Made by a program: the position numbers and the translations under genes. From Minisyncoccota bacterium (GTDB lineage: Bacteria; Patescibacteriota; Minisyncoccia; Phycocordibacterales; UBA9973), in assembly GCA_043771685.1 (NCBI GenBank), contig JAYVGX010000032.1:1-49565 (forward strand): 49,565 nucleotides of DNA, given 5' to 3'. Of the stretch, positions 35,818 to 47,327 are shown in pieces. The notes beneath the pieces are model-generated. The model was not told the DNA's origin and made no database searches. It saw only the letters and a program-made list of their open reading frames with translations. How positions within the stretch are numbered: the stretch's first letter is position 1; each line of letters starts with the position of its first letter.

Positions 35818-36120
35818 TTATGCTAATTGTGTTACTTGTTCTTTTAATAAATTAAAGTCTTTTTTATCTACTTTTGTATGTAAATCTAAAGCGATAGAAC
35901 CTATCATTTCTGTGTGTGAATCTAATTTTTTATTAATAAGTTCAAGTTTGTTATCTATTCTATCAAATTTGTCTTGACTTATTTTCATATATTCTTTAAT
36001 AGCCTTTAGATCTTCAGAATGTTGCTCATTTAAAACACCAAGATACTTTTCCAAATTAGCCTGGTTATTTTTATTCATTATCTCTAAATATTCTATTATT
36101 TTATCTTCACCTTTTTCCAT
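35818..36120 (-). CDS. Hypothetical coiled-coil protein
   Basis: Heptad-rich sequence. ATG 36120 avoids an overlap with mnmA. Confidence 0.45.
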   Translation of the reverse strand: MEKGEDKIIEYLEIMNKNNQANLEKYLGVLNEQHSEDLKAIKEYMKISQDKFDRIDNKLELINKKLDSHTEMIGSIALDLHTKVDKKDFNLLKEQVTQLA

Positions 36121-36128
36121 ATGTTTTA

Positions 36129-37349
36129 TTATACTACTACCCCACCTCCCATGCAAATATCTCCATCGTAAATGACGATAGACTGGCCAGATGAAACGAT
36201 CGTTTCTTTTTCAAATGACACTACGTTGCCTTTTATATAGCAATCTAACTGTTCACCATGATAACGAATCTGCGCTGTGTACTTTTTATCTTGTTTTGGT
36301 GTTTTGTTAATCCAGTTTATTTGTTTCAAACAAAACGAAGAGAGTGATTTTTCCGAATGGTCTGGTGACTTACCCCGAGGACCTGAGGAAAAATCACTTT
36401 CGAGTTTTGTAGATACAGTAATAGTATTATTTTCTACATCTTTATTTACAACATACAAAGCTTTACTACTGTCAGTGTTTTTAGTAATTGTAAAACCATG
36501 CCTTTCGCCGAGTGTAAAAAACACTGCACCGTCATGATACCCTATGACAACACCATCTTCATTTAACACATTACCCTCCTTACTTTCTATGTAGTGTTTC
36601 AAAAAGTCTTTCATATCAAGTGGCCCCAAGAAACACACACCCTGACTGTCTTTTTTAGTGGCTACAGGTATTTTGCATTTTTCTGCGAGTTTTCTAACCT
36701 CCTTTTTTTCTAAATGACCAACTGGAAAAAGAGTATGGGATAAGTCGTCTTGATTGAGAGTCCAAAGAAAATAACTTTGGTCTTTGGATTCATCTGCCCC
36801 TTGTTTTAATTCAAATATATTTTCTCTAAGTTCCTTAACCCCATTTTCCGCTGTTGCAGAAAACGGCACGCCCCCACCCGTCACTTCTCGAAAATTATTT
36901 GAATTTACACGTGCATAGTGCCCTGTCGCGATAAAGTCTGCTCCATGTTTTTTTGCAAATTGCCAAAAAACACCGAACTTTACTTCACGGTTACACATGA
37001 CGTCTGGGTTTGGTGTATTACCATTTTTGTATTCATTTATCATGTAGTCTGCGACTCCTTTTTTATAAGCCTCTACACCATCGCACTCTAAAAATGGAAT
37101 ATTTAGATGTGCGCAGACACGCATAGCATCACGACGCTCGTCACGCCATGTACACTCTATAAAGTCTGGTTGCCATGTACGAATAAAAACACCAACGACA
37201 TTATACCCACTAAACCCATTCGGTGTCGGGCGACCAAAAAGTTTTTTATAGTTTTTTGGTGTAGCCTCTTTAAGTAGTGCAGCCGAAACAGAGCTGTCAA
37301 CCCCGCCAGACATACCGACAAAGACAGTTTTATTTAAATTCTTTCCCAT
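36129..37349 (-). CDS. mnmA: tRNA 2-thiouridine(34) synthase MnmA
   Basis: PP-loop VGMSGGVDSSV, with catalytic cysteines in conserved contexts. Confidence 0.92.
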   Translation of the reverse strand: MGKNLNKTVFVGMSGGVDSSVSAALLKEATPKNYKKLFGRPTPNGFSGYNVVGVFIRTWQPDFIECTWRDERRDAMRVCAHLNIPFLECDGVEAYKKGVADYMINEYKNGNTPNPDVMCNREVKFGVFWQFAKKHGADFIATGHYARVNSNNFREVTGGGVPFSATAENGVKELRENIFELKQGADESKDQSYFLWTLNQDDLSHTLFPVGHLEKKEVRKLAEKCKIPVATKKDSQGVCFLGPLDMKDFLKHYIESKEGNVLNEDGVVIGYHDGAVFFTLGERHGFTITKNTDSSKALYVVNKDVENNTITVSTKLESDFSSGPRGKSPDHSEKSLSSFCLKQINWINKTPKQDKKYTAQIRYHGEQLDCYIKGNVVSFEKETIVSSGQSIVIYDGDICMGGGVVV

Positions 37350-38209
37350 CTAGCAAATATACCACAAGGTAATAGTCTTTTGCTATCACTTTCTTCTATT
37401 GCTAATTCCCCTATTTCTATCTTGCCTTTATTGTTTTCCATCATATCTTGTAAATTATTTTCATATGCAATAGCAGAATAACCAGCTGTGTAGCCGTTTA
37501 TTAGAACAAAAAGTGGTTCATCGGACAAGACTTTTTTACATAAATCCATCAACTTTATAAAGTGCTCTTCAATTTTCCATAATTCATCTTTTGGACCATG
37601 ACCAAACGATGGTGGATCCATTATTATAGCGTCATACTTATTTCCTCGTTTTATTTCTCTTTCTAAAAACAAAATTACATCGTCGACTATCCAGCGTATC
37701 TTAGATTCTTTTAATCCTGACAACTCTGCGTTTAGACGTGCCCAAGCAACAGCAGTTTTAGACCCATCAACATGACAGACCTCTGTATAATCAAAACTTG
37801 AAGCAATAGTCGCGCCACCAGTATAAGCAAATAAATTTATAATTTTTATAGGTCTATTGTATTTACTTTTATTTTTCTCTATTACACTTTCTATCCATTG
37901 CCAGTTTGCAAGTTGTTCTGGGAAAAGACCGATATGTTTGAAAGAAGTAGGTTTAATAGAAAATTTGAAATTTCCATAATCAATAGTCCAATCAGATTGG
38001 ACGTCTTTTTTAATATTCCATTTTGAACGACTGCCAGTACGTGTAAAAGTCAAATCAGCGTCTTGCCAAAATTTAATATTCTTTTTCTTTTTCCATAAAG
38101 CTTCGGGATCAGGACGAGACATAGTATATGAACCGTATCGCTCTAATTTCTGACCATCACCACTATCTATCAATTCGTAGTCTTTTTGTTTTTTTATTTT
38201 TTCAATCAT
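37334..38209 (-). CDS. Class I SAM-dependent methyltransferase (RlmI/COG1092-like catalytic domain)
   Basis: INLFAYTGGATIA (motif I) and IIMDPPSFG (motif IV). Confidence 0.75.
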   Translation of the reverse strand: MIEKIKKQKDYELIDSGDGQKLERYGSYTMSRPDPEALWKKKKNIKFWQDADLTFTRTGSRSKWNIKKDVQSDWTIDYGNFKFSIKPTSFKHIGLFPEQLANWQWIESVIEKNKSKYNRPIKIINLFAYTGGATIASSFDYTEVCHVDGSKTAVAWARLNAELSGLKESKIRWIVDDVILFLEREIKRGNKYDAIIMDPPSFGHGPKDELWKIEEHFIKLMDLCKKVLSDEPLFVLINGYTAGYSAIAYENNLQDMMENNKGKIEIGELAIEESDSKRLLPCGIFARWERI

Positions 38210-38210
38210 A

Positions 38211-38897
38211 TTATTTTAGATAATTCTTTATATTTTTTCGATGTTCATTATAATTACGAGCATAATATACTTGTCCACTTTTGTCATGCAAATAGTATAG
38301 ATAAGGAGATGGAGTAGATGAAATAGATGCTTGTAAAGAAAGTGAACCTGGGTTACTAAGTGGTAACTTCGGTAAACCTTTTTCTTTATATGTAATAGGT
38401 GCAGCATCAACTTGTAACGGTAAACCAATAGACATACGTTTCCATAGTATACCAGAAATAATAGCAACATCTTCTGGTCCATTAGCTTCTTCTTCTAAAA
38501 TAGAGGCCATAATGATGATATCTGATAGCGACTTATCAGTCATTTCAATTGAAGGTTGTAATTCTTTAATTTTTCTGTTAAAAGTATTATTCAATGTTTT
38601 ACTTACTTCTTCTGTATTTGTTTTTTCTGTGAAAAAATAAGTGTCTGGGAAAAGATAGCCTTGAACATTGTTTTTATTACTTAAAAATTCTTGTTTATTA
38701 AAAAGTGGCAATTTGCGCTCCAAGATATCAGCCATCTGCTCATTGTTTGTGCCTTCTGGTAATGTCACAACTATCTTAGGAGCTTGAATTATTTTTGGTG
38801 GACGGTTTTTGTATTGAATATAAAAATTATATCCAGTAATACTAGAAAAAATAATAAACAAAAATAAAACTAAAACAGAATATAGTTTTCTATTCAT
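38211..38897 (-). CDS. mltG: Endolytic murein transglycosylase MltG (YceG-like), short form
   Basis: N-terminal TM, then GYLFPDTYFF, ASILEEEA and LPLQVDA. Confidence 0.8.
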   Translation of the reverse strand: MNRKLYSVLVLFLFIIFSSITGYNFYIQYKNRPPKIIQAPKIVVTLPEGTNNEQMADILERKLPLFNKQEFLSNKNNVQGYLFPDTYFFTEKTNTEEVSKTLNNTFNRKIKELQPSIEMTDKSLSDIIIMASILEEEANGPEDVAIISGILWKRMSIGLPLQVDAAPITYKEKGLPKLPLSNPGSLSLQASISSTPSPYLYYLHDKSGQVYYARNYNEHRKNIKNYLK

Positions 38898-38899
38898 AT

Positions 38900-40201
38900 C
38901 TATAGTGGTAGATTAGCAGGTGGTTTAGCAATTTTAGATTCGATACGCTTGAAGCTCGGTGTTTCAGAAACCATACCTGGGAAGTGAAAAATCGTCGACA
39001 ATTCTTGTGCAGATAGAACAAATAATTTTGGTTTATTTGGTGGGAAAAATATATTTATAGGAAAAGGATATTCGAAACCATATTGTATTGGTGGATGAAA
39101 AAAAGTACGCAAACGATAAAAATCAACCATTCTTTTTTTCATTTTGTCTAAAGCCAGTCCCGTAGGGTCAGACCATGGTGCATCGAACTGAGTGGAGTTT
39201 ACACGCCAAAGTTCATTTATATTTGGTTGAGCATACTGACGAAAAAGTAGACGTGCATTACGACGAAGTTCCATGAACTGATCATAAGTACAGAGCTTTT
39301 TATCTGAAATGGTTACTAATCGGATACCACAATCAAAGTGTAGATATTTTAATTGATCAGAAATAGCACTGATTTTTGGTTTTAAGTGTTCAGGCATACC
39401 AACTTGTTTACCGAACGTACCAACTACATTGTCGTTTTTTTGTGTACGAGTATATGGTGCCAATAAATGTTCCATGAATTCAACAGCTCCTTGACTAAAA
39501 TCAACATGCTTTCCAGTAGAATGACTATGGTAAGTTTTTATTGTTTGTCGAATTAAAATTTGTATCCACAATTGTTGACCTTGTGGTAAAGAACCTAGAT
39601 ATTCGATCGTAGGTGTTATAGGATCAACACGATACTCTTCTTTTATACCTGTCTTCATATCATCGCCGAAATCTTTCCAAGTTTTAAAAGGTAAAAAATC
39701 TTCATGAAGTTTATTGAATTCACATCCCCACATATTGTACGGACCGTTTTTATTGTATTGTGGTAAATCCCAAACATAATCATCTGTTTCGATAACTTTT
39801 GCTTGTGGGTATTGAGCATAAACTTGTGTTTCTACAAGTCCACGAATACGAGACGGGGTTCGGATAAAGAACCGTACACGTCCATCAATTGATACTATTT
39901 CAAGTGAGAACCAGAGCCACGGTGCACCGATAATATACTCTTCCCAGAATCCTTTGAAACTTTTTTGGTAAAAAGCATTTGCAAAAATCAACTCCATGGC
40001 TGATGGGCTTTTGATGACATCACGAGGGATCTGAATTTCAAGTAAAATCCACTTTATACCAACAATAAATTGTTCCTGTCTATAGTGATGCCACAAATGA
40101 ACAGCGATTACTGAAAGTGGTATGAACAGTAAGTAGCCAATAATTGACAGTATGATACTAAGATAGTGTATATCGTTATTTGCAAAAAATTCAGCCATCA
40201 T
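38900..40201 (-). CDS. Hypothetical membrane protein (433 aa)
   Basis: N-terminal TM helix and no recognisable catalytic motif. Confidence 0.6.
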   Translation of the reverse strand: MMAEFFANNDIHYLSIILSIIGYLLFIPLSVIAVHLWHHYRQEQFIVGIKWILLEIQIPRDVIKSPSAMELIFANAFYQKSFKGFWEEYIIGAPWLWFSLEIVSIDGRVRFFIRTPSRIRGLVETQVYAQYPQAKVIETDDYVWDLPQYNKNGPYNMWGCEFNKLHEDFLPFKTWKDFGDDMKTGIKEEYRVDPITPTIEYLGSLPQGQQLWIQILIRQTIKTYHSHSTGKHVDFSQGAVEFMEHLLAPYTRTQKNDNVVGTFGKQVGMPEHLKPKISAISDQLKYLHFDCGIRLVTISDKKLCTYDQFMELRRNARLLFRQYAQPNINELWRVNSTQFDAPWSDPTGLALDKMKKRMVDFYRLRTFFHPPIQYGFEYPFPINIFFPPNKPKLFVLSAQELSTIFHFPGMVSETPSFKRIESKIAKPPANLPL

Positions 40202-40326
40202 AAAATAGAGTTTTGTATTTGAGGAGCATTTACATGATTAGGTGTAGTAAAAACTCCAATTAAAATTGCAATAATAATAAAACCTAGGATGATAGCTATG
40301 ATATGTCCGAAACCTTTTTTGTACAT
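40198..40326 (-). CDS. Unannotated 42-aa single-TM peptide overlapping the next gene by ATGA
   Basis: Manual translation gives MYKKGFGHIIAIILGFIIIAILIGVFTTPNHVNAPQIQNSIL. Its TGA stop overlaps the ATG of 38900..40201. Confidence 0.35.
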   Translation of the reverse strand: MYKKGFGHIIAIILGFIIIAILIGVFTTPNHVNAPQIQNSIL

Positions 40327-40351
40327 ATTTAAATTATAACACAATAATCAA

Positions 40352-41299
40352 TTAATCAAATATTTTTAAATACTTTTTTGTTTTATAAAACTTCCATTTT
40401 AGATTGCAAAGCAAATTACAATAAGCCAAACCTCTACCCTGACTTATCTCGGTACTTCCTTCTTCTAAACAGTTTTCACAACAAATAAAGTGCTCATGAC
40501 AATTTAAATTTGCACAATTTACATAATGCTCTGTTTTAATACCACATTTCTTACATCGGCCTATTATTTCATGCTTGTCACCATTGAAATTCATAGTAAT
40601 TCGCTTGTCAAAAACATAAAGAGAACCTTTGAAATCCTGTCCCGGATACTTTTCCATATAGCTTACTATTCCACCATCTAGCTGATAAACATCGGAAAAA
40701 CCTTCACGCGCAAGTAAACCCGAGGCTTTTTCACAACGAACACCACCCGTACATACAGTCAAGACAACCTCATCTTTTATACTTTCTATTTTCTTAATAT
40801 TCTTTTTTAAGTCACGGAAATTATTTAAATCTGGGAAGATGGTGCCTTCGAATTTACCAACTTGTAATTCGTAGTCATTTCTCATATCTACAATATGAAA
40901 CTTTTTTCCTTCTTTGTACCATTTATGTAGATCCTCGGGTGTCAGATGCTTGCCAGTGATTTTATTTGGATCTATGTCCTGCTCATCACCTAAATGCAAC
41001 GATACAATTTCTTTTCTTATTTTTATTGAGAGACGTGGAAAAGCATTACCGTCATTTGTACCGTCACTTATTTTCCAATGGATATCGGCAAAGCGTGGGT
41101 CACTTTTCATAATACTCATATATTCATTACAAGCAGCTTCAGTGCCTTCATAAGTACAGTTTATGCCTTCCTTTGCGATAATCCCACGACCTTTGAAAAC
41201 AAGACGTCGACAAAGAACTTTTTGTTCTTCCCAAAGTTTTTGTGTGTCTTCTATGTGGACGTATTTGTAGAAAAGGATTATTTTGTATTTATCTTTCAT
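40352..41299 (-). CDS. trhO: Rhodanese-domain tRNA uridine(34) hydroxylase TrhO/YceA (UPF0176) family
   Basis: ILFYKY N-terminus, rhodanese active-site loop CTGGVRCEKAS, and a Cys-rich C-terminus. Confidence 0.85.
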   Translation of the reverse strand: MKDKYKIILFYKYVHIEDTQKLWEEQKVLCRRLVFKGRGIIAKEGINCTYEGTEAACNEYMSIMKSDPRFADIHWKISDGTNDGNAFPRLSIKIRKEIVSLHLGDEQDIDPNKITGKHLTPEDLHKWYKEGKKFHIVDMRNDYELQVGKFEGTIFPDLNNFRDLKKNIKKIESIKDEVVLTVCTGGVRCEKASGLLAREGFSDVYQLDGGIVSYMEKYPGQDFKGSLYVFDKRITMNFNGDKHEIIGRCKKCGIKTEHYVNCANLNCHEHFICCENCLEEGSTEISQGRGLAYCNLLCNLKWKFYKTKKYLKIFD

Positions 41300-41408
41300 T
41301 TTATGAATATATCAAAAATTTGTTTTTTTGTATATAGATATACAAGCTTAATTTGACAAAAGTCTATACAAATGATATCTTTAGTTAAATTTAAACAAAA
41401 TAAATACT

Positions 41409-41705
41409 ATGGAAAATTTACTAACTCTAGTCTCTGGTTTTTTGATGTTTTTTGGATTCTTAGTCCTTATTTGGGCTATGGTGATATTTAATAAGTATAG
41501 CTATGAACTTAGCTCAATTGTTTCTATTGGATCTTTCATTCTATTCTTTATGGCTGCTGTTTTTGCAAACAGTAATGGAGTAAATTATCTGACTTTTATT
41601 TCTGGAATGTTGTTCTTTGGAGTGATTGCAATAGTACTATTTTTTATTGCATTATTTAATCTACCCAAAGTATCTTATTCTTCAATGGAACTATTTAAAA
41701 AATAA
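41409..41705 (+). CDS. Hypothetical membrane protein (98 aa, 3 TM)
   Basis: Three hydrophobic helices, and a terminator hairpin follows. Confidence 0.5.
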   Translation: MENLLTLVSGFLMFFGFLVLIWAMVIFNKYSYELSSIVSIGSFILFFMAAVFANSNGVNYLTFISGMLFFGVIAIVLFFIALFNLPKVSYSSMELFKK

Positions 41706-41722
41706 CTACTATCTTAAAATCC

Positions 41723-41743
41723 ACTCATTATGCAAAATAATGA
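41723..41743. terminator. Terminator hairpin between convergent genes
   Basis: CTCATTAT-gcaaa-ATAATGAG, followed by a T-run. Confidence 0.45.
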
Positions 41744-41752
41744 GGGACTTTT

Positions 41753-42196
41753 TTATTTACGATATTTCTTTGTTCTCCATTTATCAGCGATTTTTACACG
41801 AGTGAGCTGTCTCTCTAGTTCTGTTGCAAAGTGTTCGAAATCAACAACTTCATTATTGTCTCTTTGTTTCTTAAGTTCTTCTGCTTTCTCTAAAGATTTA
41901 TTTATTTCATCATCAGTCAAACTTGAAACGTGTTCTGCGAAATCTGCCAAGATAGCAACGATAGTGTTACCTTTCTCGTCTTTTTTGATTTCAGCAAATC
42001 CTCCCACAACAGCGTATGGTATATCTTCATTGTTTTTATGCGCCACAATATCCCCACTAGCGAGACTGGCGATCAGTGGTATATGATCAGGCAGTATTGT
42101 TATCTCGCCATTTGTGGTTGGTATAGTTACACCTTCAACTTGTTCTTCGCCAACAAGCTCTTCTGGTGTTATGATTTTAAGATTTAATAATTTCAT
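41753..42196 (-). CDS. atpC: F1 ATP synthase epsilon subunit
   Basis: MKLLNLKIITPEE...GEITILPDHIPLI. Confidence 0.9.
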   Translation of the reverse strand: MKLLNLKIITPEELVGEEQVEGVTIPTTNGEITILPDHIPLIASLASGDIVAHKNNEDIPYAVVGGFAEIKKDEKGNTIVAILADFAEHVSSLTDDEINKSLEKAEELKKQRDNNEVVDFEHFATELERQLTRVKIADKWRTKKYRK

Positions 42197-42202
42197 TTTA
42201 AA

Positions 42203-43567
<1,365 letters not shown>

Positions 43568-43579
43568 TTAATAATAAAT

Positions 43580-44479
43580 TTAATTTATACTTGCCATACC
43601 GGCACTAATTTCTGATATCTCTTGGGTTATTCCTGCCTGACGAGCTTTGTTAAAAGCTAATGTTAAATCGTCAACCATCTCTCCAGCAGCTTCGTTTGCA
43701 TTCTTCATCGCGACCATTCTAGCAGATTGTTCAGATGCATTTGATTCAAGTATCATCTGATAAACTTGCATTCTCACTAATTTCTCAGCCAAGCTTTCAA
43801 TTAAAATATCTATTTTACCTTCAAACGAATACTGGATATTTTCTTTTTTTAAAACCTGCTGTTCGCTATTTTTACCTAAACTCTCTATTATCTCTTTTAC
43901 CTCTTCTTTGTTTATTGGTAATAATTGTCGAATGTTTGCTTTTTGAGTCAGAGCAGATATAAAATCAGTATATATTACTTTTACATTTCTATAGGTACCT
44001 TCTTTGTATTTAAGTGTGACGAGTTCAGAAAGCGCTCGGACATCAGATAATTTAGTATTATCTGGTATCTCTATGAAAGAAGCGATTATATTTTGTCCTA
44101 TTCTGCGCATCGCATTATCCCCCTTTTTACCTACAGATATAATTTCACAGTCTACCTCATTTTCTTTGAGTATAGAAAGTGCCTTTTTTATAGTTTGTGA
44201 ATTATAAGAACCACAGAGACCACGATTCGAGGTTATCAAAACTACGAGGGTTTTTTTATTGTCTTTATTCTCTACAAAAAATGGATGGTTAATCTCTTCT
44301 AGGTTGCTAGATAGAGAGTTTAAAAGATCCCATGAATATGTCGCATAGAGTCGAGAAGAAAGCGTTGCATTTACTGCACGTTTCATCTTTGAAGCCGCCA
44401 CTAGTTCCATCGCTTTTGTGATCTTCTTCGTGTTCTTCACACTCTTTATTCTGCTTTTTATTAATTTTTGATTAGACAT
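43580..44479 (-). CDS. atpG: F1 ATP synthase gamma subunit
   Basis: IKSRIKSVKNTKKITKAMELVAASKMKRA N-terminus and a C-terminal ITQEISEI. Confidence 0.93.
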   Translation of the reverse strand: MSNQKLIKSRIKSVKNTKKITKAMELVAASKMKRAVNATLSSRLYATYSWDLLNSLSSNLEEINHPFFVENKDNKKTLVVLITSNRGLCGSYNSQTIKKALSILKENEVDCEIISVGKKGDNAMRRIGQNIIASFIEIPDNTKLSDVRALSELVTLKYKEGTYRNVKVIYTDFISALTQKANIRQLLPINKEEVKEIIESLGKNSEQQVLKKENIQYSFEGKIDILIESLAEKLVRMQVYQMILESNASEQSARMVAMKNANEAAGEMVDDLTLAFNKARQAGITQEISEISAGMASIN

Positions 44480-44509
44480 ATACTACGAGATCTTTACAAT
44501 TTTTATTTA

Positions 44510-46012
44510 TTATGCAGTAAATTTTTTTACAAAATCTTCGATTGCTTTTTTAATTGAATTTTCTGATTCGTCAGTCCACATTTTTTTCTCAGAAACATCA
44601 GTATAGAAATCTTTTGCATTTTGTTCAGTATAATCAGCGAGCTCTTCTTCGAATTGCTTGATTTTGTCTACTGGGACAGTATCCATATACCCCTTCACAA
44701 GCGCATACAGAGTCACTATTTGTTTTGTTGTATCAACTGGAGAGTATTGAGGCTGTTTGAGGACTTCTACCGCTCTTTTACCACGTTCTAATTGACGCTT
44801 AGTTGATTCATCGAGATCTGAACCGAATTGAGAAAATGCTTCGAGTTCGCGGAATTGCGCGAGATCGAGTTTGAGAGTTCCAGCCACTTTCTTCATGGCT
44901 TTAATCTGAGCACTACCTCCAACACGTGACACACTGTTCCCGACGTTTACCGCAGGACGGATACCCTTGTAGAATAAATCAGTTTCAAGAAATATTTGTC
45001 CATCTGTAATAGAGATAACGTTTGTTGGAATGTATGCAGATATATCACCACCTTGAGTTTCGATGATTGGAAATGCAGTGATAGAACCACCTCCGTAATC
45101 TTTGTTTCTTCGACATGCACGTTCAAGTAAACGTGAGTGCAAGTAGAACACATCTCCAGGATAAGCTTCACGGCCTGGTGGTCGGCGAAGAAGAAGTGAG
45201 ATTTCGCGGTATGCTACAGCGTGTTTTGAAAGATCATCATAAATGATAAGCACATCTTTCCCTTGATCCATAAAGTATTCAGCGATAGATACTCCAGTAT
45301 AAGGAGCGATGTATGAGAGAGCTGCTGCTTCAGAACTACCCGCAGAAACTATAACCGTATAGTCCATAGCTCCACCTTCTTCAAGTCTGGTTTGTAGTTT
45401 TCTTAACTTCGAATCTTTTTGACCGATAGATACATAAACACAAATCATGTTTTGTCCTTTTTGATTCAAAATCGCATCAATTGCAATCGCAGTTTTACCT
45501 GTTTGACGATCACCGATGATAAGCTCACGTTGTCCGCGACCAACTGGGATAATAGCATCGATAGCTTTGATACCTGTTTGCACTGGTTGATCAACACTTT
45601 GACGAGACATAACTCCACTTGCAACACGTTCAATAGGATTGAATTGTTTCGCTACTATTTTACCCTTACCATCAATTGGTTCCCCTAGAGCATTTAACAC
45701 ACGACCAATCTGATTATCTGAAACTGGTACAGACAATATTTCTCCTGTAGATTTCACTTCATCACCTTCTTTAATCTTTGAGAATTCTCCGAGAATGATT
45801 ATACCCACTGAATCTTCATCCAAGTTAAGAGCAACACCCTTTGCTCCTGACGCAAAAACAACCATTTCTGATGCTTTTAAATCAGAAAGACCTGAGACTT
45901 TTGCAATACCATCAGATACTTCCATAACATAACCAACTTTCTCAGCTTTTACTTCTATGCTGAATTTTTCAAGATGTTTTTTTAAATTTTCTATAATGTC
46001 ATTTTTTATCAT
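44510..46012 (-). CDS. atpA: F1 ATP synthase alpha subunit
   Basis: GDRQTGKT Walker A and full-length alpha architecture. Confidence 0.98.
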   Translation of the reverse strand: MIKNDIIENLKKHLEKFSIEVKAEKVGYVMEVSDGIAKVSGLSDLKASEMVVFASGAKGVALNLDEDSVGIIILGEFSKIKEGDEVKSTGEILSVPVSDNQIGRVLNALGEPIDGKGKIVAKQFNPIERVASGVMSRQSVDQPVQTGIKAIDAIIPVGRGQRELIIGDRQTGKTAIAIDAILNQKGQNMICVYVSIGQKDSKLRKLQTRLEEGGAMDYTVIVSAGSSEAAALSYIAPYTGVSIAEYFMDQGKDVLIIYDDLSKHAVAYREISLLLRRPPGREAYPGDVFYLHSRLLERACRRNKDYGGGSITAFPIIETQGGDISAYIPTNVISITDGQIFLETDLFYKGIRPAVNVGNSVSRVGGSAQIKAMKKVAGTLKLDLAQFRELEAFSQFGSDLDESTKRQLERGKRAVEVLKQPQYSPVDTTKQIVTLYALVKGYMDTVPVDKIKQFEEELADYTEQNAKDFYTDVSEKKMWTDESENSIKKAIEDFVKKFTA

Positions 46013-46013
46013 A

Positions 46014-46424
46014 TTATATTTGAGAAATTAAATAATTTTGTAATTGGTGCAATCTTGTTGATAGTGTCAGGTTTATAACTTCATCAGCCACTTGTATCTT
46101 TATACCTCCTAGATGTTTTTTATTTTCTACAACTTCGAGGTGAATCTTGTTTACATTGTATCGCTTTTTTAATTCATCCTCTAGTATGTCAGATGTTTCT
46201 TTTGATAAAGGATGAGGTGTTTCTATATGAGCTCGGATTACACCTTCTTTCTTGTCTATTATCTTTTGGAGATGAGACAATACTTCCGGAGCTTTACCCA
46301 TGATATTTCTTTCCATAAGAAAGTCTGTTGTACTAGAAAGGATACTATCTAAATTCTTTCCTTCCATTTCCAAAGAAGCTTCATAGACAGCTTGAGCTAT
46401 TTTTTTTGTAGATATATTTAACAT
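46014..46424 (-). CDS. atpH: F1 ATP synthase delta (OSCP) subunit, short
   Basis: Supported by its position between atpF and atpA and the C-terminal LGGIKIQV pattern. Confidence 0.75.
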   Translation of the reverse strand: MLNISTKKIAQAVYEASLEMEGKNLDSILSSTTDFLMERNIMGKAPEVLSHLQKIIDKKEGVIRAHIETPHPLSKETSDILEDELKKRYNVNKIHLEVVENKKHLGGIKIQVADEVINLTLSTRLHQLQNYLISQI

Positions 46425-46429
46425 ATTAT

Positions 46430-46921
46430 TTAAGCTTCTTTTATGTGCTTGAGTTGTTTATTAGTAAAAGAATGATCTATGTCATCTTCGAGAAGTTTTT
46501 CTGTAGCTCTAACAACCAGAGAAACAACTTCTAGTTTCGCCTCATCTAGAATACGAGCCTTTTCTGATTCAAGAATCTTTTTTGTATTATCGAGCATCGA
46601 TTGTACTTCTATCTTTGCTTCGTCGAGCATTTTTTGTTTTTTTATCTCAGCGTCTTCTTTAGCTTCTTTCCAGATTTCATGACCTTCGACACGTACTCTC
46701 GCTAAAATTTCTTCAGATTCTTTTTGAGTTAGTTCGAGAACATTTTCATTGTGCTTAGCATCTGTGATACCTTTTTCAATTCGTTCTGTTCTCTCCTTCA
46801 TAACTTTCTTTAGAGGTTTTAGAGCAAATAAATAAAAAATAGCTAAAACAACTCCGAAATTTAACGCTTGAGCGATGATTATTTTCCAGTCTATGTGAAA
46901 TGTTTCGATAAATGAATCCAT
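46430..46921 (-). CDS. atpF: Fo ATP synthase b subunit
   Basis: N-terminal TM plus a long charged helix, and its position in the operon. Confidence 0.8.
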   Translation of the reverse strand: MDSFIETFHIDWKIIIAQALNFGVVLAIFYLFALKPLKKVMKERTERIEKGITDAKHNENVLELTQKESEEILARVRVEGHEIWKEAKEDAEIKKQKMLDEAKIEVQSMLDNTKKILESEKARILDEAKLEVVSLVVRATEKLLEDDIDHSFTNKQLKHIKEA

Positions 46922-47008
46922 AAATAATTTGTTTAATGATAATTTTTTGATACCTAATTTCTAGCAACTAGAGATAGAGTTCTAATTACTAGTGTTAGAT
47001 ATCAACTT

Positions 47009-47239
<231 letters not shown>

Positions 47240-47268
47240 CTAATAATAATTTCCGACTTTTGTATTCA

Positions 47269-47318
47269 GGAAATTTTTATTGAAAATATAATCAAATATC
47301 TTTTCAATAAAAATTTCC
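47269..47318. repeat. Perfect 18-bp inverted repeat in the atpB-atpE spacer
   Basis: GGAAATTTTTATTGAAAA (47269-47286) and TTTTCAATAAAAATTTCC (47301-47318), separated by a 14-nt loop. Confidence 0.8.
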
Positions 47319-47327
47319 CGATATACT

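Noticed and set aside
35360-35977. Long antisense or alternative-frame ORFs in the track. Examples are 35360..35977 (+), 26801..27178 (+), 28872..29330 (+), 27204..27512 (+), 10817..11176 (-), 41730..42086 (+), 4706..5098 (+), 15957..16238 (-) and 15959..16150 (+).
   Set aside because: Each lies fully inside, or opposite, a gene with strong family signatures (MgtC, L17, S11, RpoA, AtpC, Nudix, DEAD helicase). Their translations are low-complexity or Ser/Phe/Leu-rich mirror-frame products.
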